A DNA stretch of 64,000 nt from Gammaproteobacteria bacterium (GTDB lineage Bacteria; Pseudomonadota; Gammaproteobacteria; Eutrophobiales; Eutrophobiaceae). This document shows positions 27,837 to 37,382 of this stretch, one piece after another. Position 1 is the stretch's first letter, and each line of letters starts with the position of its first letter. The notes under the pieces were generated by a model. It was not told the origin of the DNA and did no database searches. It saw only the letters and a program-made list of their open reading frames with translations. A program made the translations under genes and the position numbers. The DNA lies in NCBI GenBank assembly GCA_965221695.1, contig OZ244905.1, positions 1,216,001-1,280,000 on the forward strand, read 5' to 3'.

Positions 27837-30443
27837 TTGAGGTATCCCGCGTTGAAAGAAGTAAAAACGCTCATGCTGTACGCCTGTTTGTTTGCTTTAC
27901 TTGCTGCCTGTGGTGGCGGTGGAGGAAGCGGCGGTAACAGCAACGTTATGCCGGATCCGACGCCACCGCCTTCGCCGCCGCCCGCGCCGAGTGAAGATGA
28001 ATTAAGAGAAGAATACGCCGCCCATTTCGAGTTTCAGAACCAGCCTGCCCTGGAGCGGATCAACGCGCATTATGCTTATGCGCGCGGCGCTACCGGCGCC
28101 GGGGTCACTGTCGGTATCGTGGACTCCGGCATCGACGGCAATCATCCGGAGTTCAGCGGCAAACTGTCACCGGAATCCTGGAACATCTCAGGGTATGACC
28201 CGGATTATAACCTGTGCACGGGGCGTAATGCCGATGGCGCCTGCGGGTTTGATGCAGGCCCGCCGTCCCATGGCTCGCTGGTTGGCGGAGTCCTGGCCGC
28301 GAACCGCACTGCCGGCGCCGATACACCCGGGGTGGATGTGCCGTCCATACATGGCGTTGCCTTTGACGCAAGGCTGTTATCAGTGGGGCTCCCGCTGAGT
28401 GACCCGCCCGATGTCTATTCTCCTATTGACCTCCAGGACAGCGCCAGTACAACAGGCATTGATCAGCTATTCGCTGATATAACAAGCAGGTTGAATCCCA
28501 GCGTCACGGTCATCAATTTGAGCATTGGCCTGCAGGGAAATATCGAAGCCTATAATGAGGCCGAAATCCGCGCCGCGTTCCCGCTTTTGCTGGAATCCAT
28601 TGCCCAGGCAGAGAGGCCGGCGGCAGAACGCGCGATCTACGTGTGGTCTGCCGGCAACGCCCAGAGCGAGCTGCGTGCCGACGGCAGTTTTGAACAGGCT
28701 ACATCGGTAGAGATCATGGCCGGGCTTCCGGCGCTGGTTCCGGCGTTGCAAGGTCACTCTCTCGCGGTGGTATCGCTGAAAGAGAATGGCGAGATCAGCG
28801 ATTTTTCCAACCGTTGCGGCATTGCCCAGGATTTTTGCCTGGCCGCGCCGGGTGAAAATCTGATCGGGCCGGTTTCCAATATTTTCTGTCCGGCCGGACA
28901 GGGAGACTGTTATGCTCAGGCCAGCGGCACATCCTTGGCCGCACCGTTGGTCAGTGGCGGCGTTGCTTTGCTGGCCCAGCATTATCGCAACCAGTTGGGC
29001 AATGACGAAATCACCAGTCGCTTGCTGGAGACGGCCAACAAAGAAGGGATTTATGCCGATGCGGACATCTATGGTCAAGGCCTGATGGACCTCGACCGCG
29101 CCACCCGCCCGCTGGGTCAGACACGTTTGCTGACCGGGCAGTCAATGTCGGGCGCGGCCGCGCCCGAGAGCCTCAGCGCAGTGAGCCTGGGGCCGGTTTT
29201 TGGCGATGCATTACACCGCGGGCTGGCCGGGCTGGAAATTGCAGCGTTTGATGAGTTGGACGCGCCGTTCTTTCGCCCACTTGCAGATTATGCGCAAATG
29301 TCCACAGTTACCGGCACCCGGCTGGAAAACAGGTTAGGCTCGCTGGGCTATGACCCAAGGGGTAGGGTATGGATGCACAACGGCCTGGAACTCAGGGCGC
29401 AAACTGCGTATGGTTCTGTGCGAGCGCGTTTTGACCCAACCTACCTGTTGCGCAGAGATGGTATGGTATTTGACCCGTGGATTGACCATTCTACCGGTCT
29501 CCACGGGCCTGCGTACAAACCGGTTGAACGGGGAACAAGCGGTCTTGATGCCGGCGCGTTTTCGCTGTTGCGCCGGCAAGCAAACAAGCAACTCTTCCTG
29601 GGGTTCAGACACCATCCCGGTTGGAACCTGGGTCTGCATGCCTCCGCCGCTTTCTCCGGTTCGGCGGCACACCTGGTCGGCGCGTTTACCGATGATGCGG
29701 CCTTCAGCAACCCTTTTCTGTCATTGGCCCGCGACGGTGTAACGGCCGGCTTTTCGACAAAGCTGCCCAGGGGCGCGCTCAGCATTGCGGCATTTCATGG
29801 GGCTGCGCAATATGGCCAACAGCGTGTTGCCGATCGCCACAAGACCAGTGGCGCGCTGGCTGAATACCGCTTCACTGACAGCCGCTTGGCCGGCGTCGCG
29901 CTACAAGCCGGTTGGCTGACAGAGCCGGCCCGCCTCGCGGGCAGCCGCGCGAGTGGCGCCTTTGGTGAGTTGAGCGCGGCCACCGGTTTTATCGGGGTCT
30001 CCGCGCATCGCCGGCTCAGCCGGCATTGGTTGGCGCTGGTGACTGCCCATACCGGCATCAGTCGCGCAAACATGGAGGCGCCGAGTTTGTTGCATGATAT
30101 GTCGGCTTTATGGACCAGCGCGTTTGAATTGGGATTGGTGGGCGAAAATATTGCTTCCGGGCAAGACCGGTTGGCGTTGAAACTGTCTCAACCGTTACGG
30201 GTGGAGTCCGGCCATGTCGGCCTGCGCTGGGCTACCGGGCGCACCCGGGAGCGGCTGGTACAGGTTGTAACAACCGTGCTGGGACTTGAACCCTCTGGTC
30301 GCCAGCTCGATTTGGAACTTGCCTACAGCCGACCCTGGCAAGGTGGTTTTGCGCATATTGCCACACTGGTTACACATAACGCCGGACATACTCACGGGGA
30401 GGAGGATTTGGCGTTACTGATGCGTTATCAGCGCAATTTCTGA
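27837..30443 (+). CDS. S8 subtilisin-like serine protease, lipoprotein with C-terminal beta-barrel (autotransporter-like)
   Basis: LAAC lipobox then Gly/Pro linker; VDSG, HG, SAGN, SGTSLAAP catalytic motifs; YGQGLMDL; ends YQRNF. Confidence 0.87.
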   Translation: MRYPALKEVKTLMLYACLFALLAACGGGGGSGGNSNVMPDPTPPPSPPPAPSEDELREEYAAHFEFQNQPALERINAHYAYARGATGAGVTVGIVDSGIDGNHPEFSGKLSPESWNISGYDPDYNLCTGRNADGACGFDAGPPSHGSLVGGVLAANRTAGADTPGVDVPSIHGVAFDARLLSVGLPLSDPPDVYSPIDLQDSASTTGIDQLFADITSRLNPSVTVINLSIGLQGNIEAYNEAEIRAAFPLLLESIAQAERPAAERAIYVWSAGNAQSELRADGSFEQATSVEIMAGLPALVPALQGHSLAVVSLKENGEISDFSNRCGIAQDFCLAAPGENLIGPVSNIFCPAGQGDCYAQASGTSLAAPLVSGGVALLAQHYRNQLGNDEITSRLLETANKEGIYADADIYGQGLMDLDRATRPLGQTRLLTGQSMSGAAAPESLSAVSLGPVFGDALHRGLAGLEIAAFDELDAPFFRPLADYAQMSTVTGTRLENRLGSLGYDPRGRVWMHNGLELRAQTAYGSVRARFDPTYLLRRDGMVFDPWIDHSTGLHGPAYKPVERGTSGLDAGAFSLLRRQANKQLFLGFRHHPGWNLGLHASAAFSGSAAHLVGAFTDDAAFSNPFLSLARDGVTAGFSTKLPRGALSIAAFHGAAQYGQQRVADRHKTSGALAEYRFTDSRLAGVALQAGWLTEPARLAGSRASGAFGELSAATGFIGVSAHRRLSRHWLALVTAHTGISRANMEAPSLLHDMSALWTSAFELGLVGENIASGQDRLALKLSQPLRVESGHVGLRWATGRTRERLVQVVTTVLGLEPSGRQLDLELAYSRPWQGGFAHIATLVTHNAGHTHGEEDLALLMRYQRNF

Positions 30444-30595
30444 TTTGCCCGACGCAACCCGTCAATGATGTTCTCAACCTGCTTTATCCAGGACTGCCCA
30501 AGCCGGCATCCCAAACCGGGACCCTTGAATTTCGTATGGAAAACCGCTATATTTGTATCTGCTATTCAAGCTGTTGAATAGTACCCGTTGTTCAT

Positions 30596-30953
30596 GGGGG
30601 CGTACCTGGTTTCGACGAGGGCGCTGAAGCCCAAGGGGCATGCCGAGGTGCAGATCACCTCGTAAATCCATCTGCAAACTTCAATAGTTGACGAAAAGTA
30701 CAACTACGCTCTGGCTGCTTAAAGCCGGCCAGCCTCTGACTGAAATGTGCTTGTGCTTTCTACTCAGGGGTCACAAACACAAGCTCGCGATAAAGCCTGT
30801 CCCGGGTGGATTCGCTAAAGCTTAAGGGACTCGTTGCCTGCGTTCCCCTGCCGTTTCGGGTAACAGGCGATTAAATCTAATGAGACGGCTAAGCATGTAG
30901 AACCGAAGGTCGATGGCTCGCGGACGCCGGTTCGACTCCGGCCGCCTCCACCA
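30596..30953 (+). ncRNA. ssrA: tmRNA
   Basis: 5' GGGGGCG pairs with 3' CGCCTCC-ACCA with G3.U; GGTTTCGAC, T arm GCCGGTTCGACTCCGGC; tag frame 30690-30722 DEKYNYALAA*. Confidence 0.97.
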
Positions 30954-30997
30954 ATATTACCTACAGGGATGTAGCTGTCACTCGCCTCCATATCTAG

Positions 30998-31148
30998 GGA
31001 ACCTCTGATTAAGTCAGAGGTTCCTACGATACAAGGATGTATCGTCAATATCAATGACTGTAAGGCATTGATATTGTGAGGAAAACAAAAATCGCATTTT
31101 TGTTTTCCGTACTCTGACAAGTCCAGGATGGACTTGTTCAGAGTTTCC
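30998..31148 (+). mobile_element. 151-bp IS5-like MITE, full copy 1
   Basis: 18-bp imperfect terminal inverted repeats GGAACCTCTGATTAAGTC / GGAAACTCTGAACAAGTC; CTAG duplicated on both flanks. Confidence 0.9.
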
Positions 31149-31223
31149 CTAGTATATATTCCACGGGCAATGTCGCCACAAACCTGACTACGCACAACCA
31201 TCGGATTGATCCCCTGGTCGAAA

Positions 31224-32738
31224 TCATCGCACCAAGCTGCTGAGAAACTCCGCGAATGGCACGATATTCCCTTTTACACTCGCTTCTTCCAATGCCTGCA
31301 TGTAGTCATTGCGGCGTTCGACCGGGATGACCATCCATGGGTAGCCGCCGGAAGCCAGCATGGCATTCATTAAAAAGCGGCCCATCCTTCCATTGCCGTC
31401 AATGTACGGGTGGATGTAGACAAACATAAAATGTCCAAGGATTACGCGTACTGCCGGTTCGGTTTCTTCACGCAACAGATCGAAAAATACCGGCATGCAG
31501 TCCCGCACAGCCTCCCGACTCATCGGCACATGCATCGAACGCCGGATATGGACCTGGCCGTTACGGTAACCGGCAAGGTCGGCAGGTTTTAACAGTCCCG
31601 CCGCGACGCTGGGTTCAAATAACTGCATGTGCCACTCACCGTGATCATCGTCAGCGACGGTGCCAGGGTTTTCGTCTTTCAAGATCCTCTCTACGCTTTT
31701 CCTCACCGCTTGAAAAGCCTGCCAGTAGCCACGTGCAGCTAAAGCATTACGCTGATCGCGGTCCCCTTCATTGTTATCCGGATTCCACGTACCGCTGCGT
31801 ACACGCTCGATCAGTTCAGGTGTGACACGATACCCTTCAATCGAAAGGGAATGATAGGCATCCGTGACATATATCTCATCAACCTCTGTTAAATAGGTTT
31901 TTGTGTCAGATGACAAGCCCTTTGCTTTCGGAAATTTACCAACAATATCCTTGCGCATCTGTTGCCATATCAGCCGTAAACGGTTAACGTAAGGTGAGCG
32001 TTCACGCGGGCATGGCTCGAAGCCGGTTTTCGTTTCAAACGGATCTTCTTCGTAAACCTTGTAGTCGGCTGCACGCATCGTCTTGACAATCCGATCAGCA
32101 ATCCTGTCCTTGCCAATATTGCGGAACGCACCAGCAAGACGGCCCGCAACTTTAGTGTGGCCGCCTTCCAGTAGAATTGCGAGCAGGTCCGATGCATCCT
32201 GGACCATATAGAGGACCACACGCGCATCGGTCGGGTTCTGTTTGAATATGCCGGGGCCAGTTTCGACTAGCACAGAGGGAACCGAGAAAAGACGGAGACC
32301 CCTTTTTTCTGTACTCTGCGCGGGATCCGGTAAGGCGGCGCGCAATTCAAATAACGAGGTGTCATAAGGCAGCGATAGTGGTTTATTACCACCCTTGAGC
32401 GCTCGGACCAAAAGCTGTTGAGGAACTGTCCAGTTCCCGGCGTGCAGTGATAGTGACTGTTCCGGTGATAATGCCCATTGATTTCCGAAACGCTGTTCCA
32501 GGTATGACGCACAAAAATCCCAAAAGGATGTATACCAGACCGTACTCTCTCCCGCTGCCTGATCCGGCCTCGCGGCGATGTACCAGCCTTTCATTACTTC
32601 CTGGAGGAAACTGTTTTTGACGAGTCGCTCGCGGTGGGTTCGCGTTAAATCGCGGGACCGAATAGCAACAACACCTCGCTCCTGTATTTTGTGCAGGACA
32701 TTAAGCGATTCAGCGAGTTTTTCTGAGGGGGTTGCCAT
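31224..32738 (-). CDS. Fic-domain protein
   Basis: HPYIDGNGRMGR catalytic motif; upstream SLSIEG inhibitory-type motif. Confidence 0.92.
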   Translation of the reverse strand: MATPSEKLAESLNVLHKIQERGVVAIRSRDLTRTHRERLVKNSFLQEVMKGWYIAARPDQAAGESTVWYTSFWDFCASYLEQRFGNQWALSPEQSLSLHAGNWTVPQQLLVRALKGGNKPLSLPYDTSLFELRAALPDPAQSTEKRGLRLFSVPSVLVETGPGIFKQNPTDARVVLYMVQDASDLLAILLEGGHTKVAGRLAGAFRNIGKDRIADRIVKTMRAADYKVYEEDPFETKTGFEPCPRERSPYVNRLRLIWQQMRKDIVGKFPKAKGLSSDTKTYLTEVDEIYVTDAYHSLSIEGYRVTPELIERVRSGTWNPDNNEGDRDQRNALAARGYWQAFQAVRKSVERILKDENPGTVADDDHGEWHMQLFEPSVAAGLLKPADLAGYRNGQVHIRRSMHVPMSREAVRDCMPVFFDLLREETEPAVRVILGHFMFVYIHPYIDGNGRMGRFLMNAMLASGGYPWMVIPVERRNDYMQALEEASVKGNIVPFAEFLSSLVR

Positions 32739-32828
32739 GTCTTACTTTTTTAGGTTATTATGCTCTACATATATTAGGTTATCATGTTTTAAATGATTTA
32801 GGGCTTCGTGTCTGTCAAAATTCAGTGG

Positions 32829-32851
32829 ACCTCTGAGATTAAGTCAGAGGT
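32829..32851. repeat. Isolated terminal hairpin of the IS5-like MITE
   Basis: ACCTCTGAGATTAAGTCAGAGGT. Confidence 0.6.
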
Positions 32852-32856
32852 GCAAC

Positions 32857-33339
32857 TTAGATGTACATCATGATGCTGTCCAGCGGTGTGTCTGCGTTGA
32901 GCAGGTCGACCCGCTTGGACTTTATTTTCAGTCCGTCTCCTGTGCGTACCAGGCGCCAGGTGACGGTACCGGCGAATGTGTCCTGTTTGCGGTGGTGGAT
33001 GACGGCGATGATGCCGGCCTTGACGATGATGTCACCCGCCGGTCCCGACGACAGGTCGATTTCCGGTTCTGACAGGATACGCATTGAGCGTACTTCAAGC
33101 TGCATGGACGGCGATAACGGGTTGTGCAGGTTGTGCCGGCGCATCGCCATCAGGGCGCGGTTGTCGTAGATAAGGGAGTCGTGCTGTTCCGGATCGGTCT
33201 GCCCCCGTTCCAGGGGCATCCAGTAATAGCCGTCTTCCGTAAACAGCGAGATCCAGGTGTCGAGATCCGCGTCATTTAGGCAGCGGGTCTCAACGCGGAT
33301 CAGGTCTTTGATTTCTTGCTGTAATTTGCCAACTGCCAT
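32857..33339 (-). CDS. Aromatic ring-hydroxylating oxygenase, beta subunit
   Basis: E...L.......W..LFTEDG.YWMP, SLIYD, G.V..RL......LKI..KRVDLLN. Confidence 0.88.
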   Translation of the reverse strand: MAVGKLQQEIKDLIRVETRCLNDADLDTWISLFTEDGYYWMPLERGQTDPEQHDSLIYDNRALMAMRRHNLHNPLSPSMQLEVRSMRILSEPEIDLSSGPAGDIIVKAGIIAVIHHRKQDTFAGTVTWRLVRTGDGLKIKSKRVDLLNADTPLDSIMMYI

Positions 33340-33340
33340 A

Positions 33341-34654
33341 TCAGGTCATGTAGTCAAGCCAGGCGGCATACTGGTTGCGCAGCGCCAGGTCGCTGGTGCC
33401 CGTGGCCCTGAGCCGTTCCCCGTCGCGGATTTCCCTGCCGAAATGGCGCTGCATGTCTACCCATTCTATCGCGCCGGCCTCGGCGCTCTCCTGGATCCGG
33501 ATATAACAGTCCAGGTCGTCCGGACCGACCATTGATGCCGGGGAGTTGATCAGGCGGGAATAGCGCAGGGTGCGTTCCAACATGTTCGGCGGTGCGCCTT
33601 TCAGCCTGAAAGTCCAGGATTCGATGACGGTCTCGTTGACCGAGACCGGTATGACCACACGCACGGACTGTATGTTGTCGCGTACCGTACAAGATGGGTA
33701 GATCAGACCGTTGTGGCGGTTGAACGACAGTATCTCCTTGACGCGCTCACTGCCGTAGGCCCGTTCCATTGCTTCCAGGTAATCGGGATAGACCTGGTAG
33801 TGGCTGAAAATACTGGTCGTGCCGCCCATGTAACCGTGCCCGCGCGGCAGTCCGACAAAACCCATATCGTCAAAAAAGTCATAGGAACCGCCGAACGGGG
33901 CTATCACTTCCGCTTCCGGCAGCGGGGCATCGTCTGGCGGAAGCTGTTCCTTGTATTGCCTTACTGCGTCAGTAGTGCCGGCATGGGCCACCATGGGATG
34001 CATCGCATCGTGCAGGTTCTCGATGAAGAACTTCCAGTTAACCGGATGGCGAAACCGGTGACAGGTTTTTCCCGTTACTTCCACTTCGCCTGCCGGCGCG
34101 CGGTCGACCATGTTATCAATCGTGTCGCGCATATCGCCGAGGAAATCCGGCAGGTCAGAGCCTGTTGCGGACAGTGACGCAAACACAAACCCGCGATATT
34201 GTCCGCACCGGGGAACCCGGGGCATGCCGAATTCTGCCGCGTTGCGGTCGAAACCCACATCCCTATAGCCGGCGGGACTTGGCTGTGAACGCAATGTGCC
34301 GTCGGTACGGTAGGTCCAGCCGTGATAGGGGCATTTGAATAGTTTGCCCACGTGGCCGGCGCGTGCCTGGCAGACCTGGGCGCCCCGGTGCCCGCAACGG
34401 TTCACCAGTACATTAATATCTTTGCCATTCATGTCCCTGACCATGATGACGGGGGTCAGGCCAATGGTCGTGGTGATATAATCACCGGCGGACCTAACCT
34501 GGCTTTCATGGCCGACATAGATCCAGGCTCGTCCCCAGATACGCGCTATTTCCAGTCTGAAAATCTCTTCCTTGACGTAAACGTCACGGTGTACGCGGGC
34601 CGGATCGACGAGTGACTTCAGAACGTCTGGACTGTCGTAGGAATCAGGTTGCAT
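33341..34654 (-). CDS. Rieske ring-hydroxylating oxygenase, alpha subunit
   Basis: W.YVGHESQ, NRCGHRG...CPYHGW Rieske motif, NWK...ENLHDAMH....H and DD mononuclear iron ligands. Confidence 0.92.
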   Translation of the reverse strand: MQPDSYDSPDVLKSLVDPARVHRDVYVKEEIFRLEIARIWGRAWIYVGHESQVRSAGDYITTTIGLTPVIMVRDMNGKDINVLVNRCGHRGAQVCQARAGHVGKLFKCPYHGWTYRTDGTLRSQPSPAGYRDVGFDRNAAEFGMPRVPRCGQYRGFVFASLSATGSDLPDFLGDMRDTIDNMVDRAPAGEVEVTGKTCHRFRHPVNWKFFIENLHDAMHPMVAHAGTTDAVRQYKEQLPPDDAPLPEAEVIAPFGGSYDFFDDMGFVGLPRGHGYMGGTTSIFSHYQVYPDYLEAMERAYGSERVKEILSFNRHNGLIYPSCTVRDNIQSVRVVIPVSVNETVIESWTFRLKGAPPNMLERTLRYSRLINSPASMVGPDDLDCYIRIQESAEAGAIEWVDMQRHFGREIRDGERLRATGTSDLALRNQYAAWLDYMT

Positions 34655-34687
34655 GCCTGACAGGTTACCAGAATTAGCGGGACGCCC

Positions 34688-34717
34688 AAAACAAAAAGCC
34701 GGACGATGTCCGGCTTT
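34688..34717 (-). terminator. Rho-independent terminator of the alpha operon
   Basis: Minus strand AAAGCCGGAC-ATC-GTCCGGCTTTTTGTTTT. Confidence 0.8.
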
Positions 34718-34752
34718 GAATTGATACAGCTTTTGTTATTATTATTATTTGA

Positions 34753-34903
34753 GGAAGCTCTGAACAAGTCTATCCTGGACTTGTCAGAGCACGCAAAACA
34801 AAAATGCGATTTTTGTTGTGCTCTCAAATTCAATGACTTATCGTCATCGAATTTGGCAATACATCCCTGTATCGCAGGAAACTCTGATTTAATCAGAGTT
34901 TCC
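34753..34903 (-). mobile_element. 151-bp IS5-like MITE, full copy 2
   Basis: Same length and layout as 30998-31148 in reverse orientation; TTGA duplicated on both flanks; lies between the rplQ stop and its terminator. Confidence 0.9.
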
Positions 34904-34907
34904 TTGA

Positions 34908-35306
34908 TCAACTTTCCGTGTCGTTGTTATTTTCTTCCGAGGTCGGTATGGGCCGGTCAACCAGCTCCACAATGGCCATCGGCGCTTTGTCGCCGACTCT
35001 GTAACCACATTTCAGTATGCGCAGGTAACCGCCCGGCCTGCTTTTGTAACGCGGCCCCAGTTCGTTAAACAGTTTTGTCACTGTGGGCCTGTCGCGCAGG
35101 CGCGAGAATGCGAGCCTGCGTCTGGCTACGGAATCGGTTTTTGCGAGCGTAATTAATGGTTCGGCCACCCGGCGCAGTTCCTTCGCTTTGGCCAGGGTGG
35201 TCTTGATCACTTCGTGGCGCACCAACGATGCGGCCATGTTGCGAAACATGGCTTTGCGGTGACTGCTGTTCCGGTTCAGTTTCCGACCACTTTCTCTATG
35301 ACGCAT
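34908..35306 (-). CDS. rplQ: 50S ribosomal protein L17
   Basis: [20 protein letters not shown]. Confidence 0.98.
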   Translation of the reverse strand: MRHRESGRKLNRNSSHRKAMFRNMAASLVRHEVIKTTLAKAKELRRVAEPLITLAKTDSVARRRLAFSRLRDRPTVTKLFNELGPRYKSRPGGYLRILKCGYRVGDKAPMAIVELVDRPIPTSEENNNDTES

Positions 35307-35324
35307 AGCTATACTCTGTTGCGA

Positions 35325-36341
35325 TTAGTGTGAGAGGGCCGACAGTTCCCTTTCCTCGTACAGATCGGAAGGGGGCCAGTTTTCCAGTCTCATACCAAGC
35401 GAAAGTCCGCGGGAAGCAAGCACGTCCTTAATCTCGGTCAGGGATTTCTTGCCAAGGTTCGGAGTCTTTAATAATTCCATTTCAGTTCGCTGGATCAGGT
35501 CGCCAATGTAGTAGATGCTTTCCGCCTTCAGACAGTTTGCTGATCGCACCGTAAGTTCCAGATCATCGACAGGACGCAGCAGGATGGGATCTATTTCCGG
35601 CTCGTCAGAAACTATCGGGGCTTCATGTGCTTGCTCGGCTTCCAGGTCAACAAAAATGGATAACTGGTTGCGTAGGATCAGAGCCGCTTCACGGATGGCT
35701 TGTTCCGGATCGATAGCGCCGTTGGTTTCCACTTCCAGGATCAGTTTATCCAGATCTGTCTGCTGTTCCACACGGGCGCTCTGCACATCGTAGGAAACGC
35801 GTTTTATTGGACTGAAGGATGCGTCCAGTTTCAGCCGACCTATACTCTGCGCGATATCTTCATCCGGGCTGCCGACTACGACCGGGCGATAACCGCGCCC
35901 GCGCTCTACGATTATGCTCATATTCAATTCGCCGGCGCGGGTGAGATGAGCGATCAAGTGCTCCGGATTTGCAATCTCCACATCGTGGTCCAGCTTGATG
36001 TCACTCGCCCTGACTTCTCCCGGTCCGGTCTTGTTTAAAGACAAAGTGGCATCATCTTTGGCGTTTAAGTTGATTGCCAGGTCTTTCAGGTTCAGCAGGA
36101 TATCCGTAACATCCTCGTGCACACCGTCGATGGTTGTGTACTCATGCAGCACACCTTCGATTTCTACTTCGGTTATTGCGCAACCGGACATGGATGACAA
36201 TAAAACCCGACGCAGGGCATTGCCCAGGGTATGGCCAAAACCGCGATTCAGCGGCTCTATGGTAATTTTCGCTAATGTCGCGCTGATATTTTCCACATCA
36301 ACCCGGCGCGGCTTCAATAATTCACTGAATGTAGAGGGCAT
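35325..36341 (-). CDS. rpoA: RNA polymerase alpha subunit
   Basis: [24 protein letters not shown]. Confidence 0.98.
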   Translation of the reverse strand: MPSTFSELLKPRRVDVENISATLAKITIEPLNRGFGHTLGNALRRVLLSSMSGCAITEVEIEGVLHEYTTIDGVHEDVTDILLNLKDLAINLNAKDDATLSLNKTGPGEVRASDIKLDHDVEIANPEHLIAHLTRAGELNMSIIVERGRGYRPVVVGSPDEDIAQSIGRLKLDASFSPIKRVSYDVQSARVEQQTDLDKLILEVETNGAIDPEQAIREAALILRNQLSIFVDLEAEQAHEAPIVSDEPEIDPILLRPVDDLELTVRSANCLKAESIYYIGDLIQRTEMELLKTPNLGKKSLTEIKDVLASRGLSLGMRLENWPPSDLYEERELSALSH

Positions 36342-36359
36342 ATATTGTTCCTGTATCTG

Positions 36360-36980
36360 CTACTTGGAATAAAGTTCTACGACTAACTGTTCGTTTATAT
36401 CCGACGGCAATTCACTGCGCTCTGGCATGGATTTGAATGTTCCCTCCATCTTCTTGGCGTCAACCTCGACCCATTCGGGAAACCCGATCTGTTCCGCAAC
36501 GTTGAGCGCATCCTGGACACGCAGTTGATTCTTGCTTTTTTCCCTTATCTCGACCTTATCTTCAGGTTTGACCTGATATGACGGAATGTTTACCGACTGT
36601 CCGTTCACCAGCACTGATTTATGGCTCACCAGTTGCCTGGCTTCGTTGCGCGTGCAGCCAAACCCCATCCTGAACACCACATTGTCCAAGCGGCACTCGA
36701 GAATCTGCAACAGGTTCTCGCCGGTTGAACCTCGGCGCCGAACCGCTTCTTTATAATAGCGGCGGAACTGCTTTTCCAGCACTCCGTAGATGCGCCGCAG
36801 TTTCTGTTTTTCTCTGAGCTGTACCGCGTAATCCGACAGCCTTTTAGACCTGACCCCTTGCTCTCCGGGCGGCTTGTCAATCTGGCATTTGGATTCAATA
36901 GGCCGGGCGCGGCTTTTCAGAAACAAGTCAACGCCTTCGCGCCGACTCAGCTTGCATTTTGGTCCAAGGTAACGAGCCAT
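36360..36980 (-). CDS. rpsD: 30S ribosomal protein S4
   Basis: [16 protein letters not shown]...VELYSK. Confidence 0.98.
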   Translation of the reverse strand: MARYLGPKCKLSRREGVDLFLKSRARPIESKCQIDKPPGEQGVRSKRLSDYAVQLREKQKLRRIYGVLEKQFRRYYKEAVRRRGSTGENLLQILECRLDNVVFRMGFGCTRNEARQLVSHKSVLVNGQSVNIPSYQVKPEDKVEIREKSKNQLRVQDALNVAEQIGFPEWVEVDAKKMEGTFKSMPERSELPSDINEQLVVELYSK

Positions 36981-37366
36981 CAGACGCGCCTTTTTTTCGG
37001 TGGACGGCAGCCATTATGGGGAATAGGCGTTACGTCGGTGATATTGGTGATTTTGTAACCCAATGCGTTCAGCGCGCGCACTGCCGACTCACGCCCTGGC
37101 CCCGGACCTTTGATGTTCACATCCAGGTTCTTCACGCCGAAGTCCTTTACTACTTCGCCAACCTTTTGCGCAGCGACCTGGGCCGCAAAGGGCGTACTTT
37201 TCCGTGACCCGCGAAAGCCGCTGCCGCCGGCCGTGGCCCAGGCAAGGGTATTGCCTTGCCGATCGGTAATATTGATGATGGTATTGTTGAAAGACGCGTG
37301 GACATGCGCGATGCCGTCCACTACCGTTTTCTTGACCTTTTTTCTGGCGCTTCTCGGTTTAGCCAT
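36980..37366 (-). CDS. rpsK: 30S ribosomal protein S11
   Basis: [22 protein letters not shown]. Confidence 0.98.
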   Translation of the reverse strand: MAKPRSARKKVKKTVVDGIAHVHASFNNTIINITDRQGNTLAWATAGGSGFRGSRKSTPFAAQVAAQKVGEVVKDFGVKNLDVNIKGPGPGRESAVRALNALGYKITNITDVTPIPHNGCRPPKKRRV

Positions 37367-37382
37367 TCACTTTCTCTTCGTG

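Noticed and set aside
30930-34750. Prophage or integrative island at tmRNA
   Set aside because: No integrase and no duplicated tmRNA 3' end found downstream
30815-34911. ORFs 30815-31201, 34618-34911, 34706-35068 (and 3616-3846), three sharing an NKSILDLSE peptide
   Set aside because: They are translations of the MITE and overlap tmRNA, a terminator or real genes
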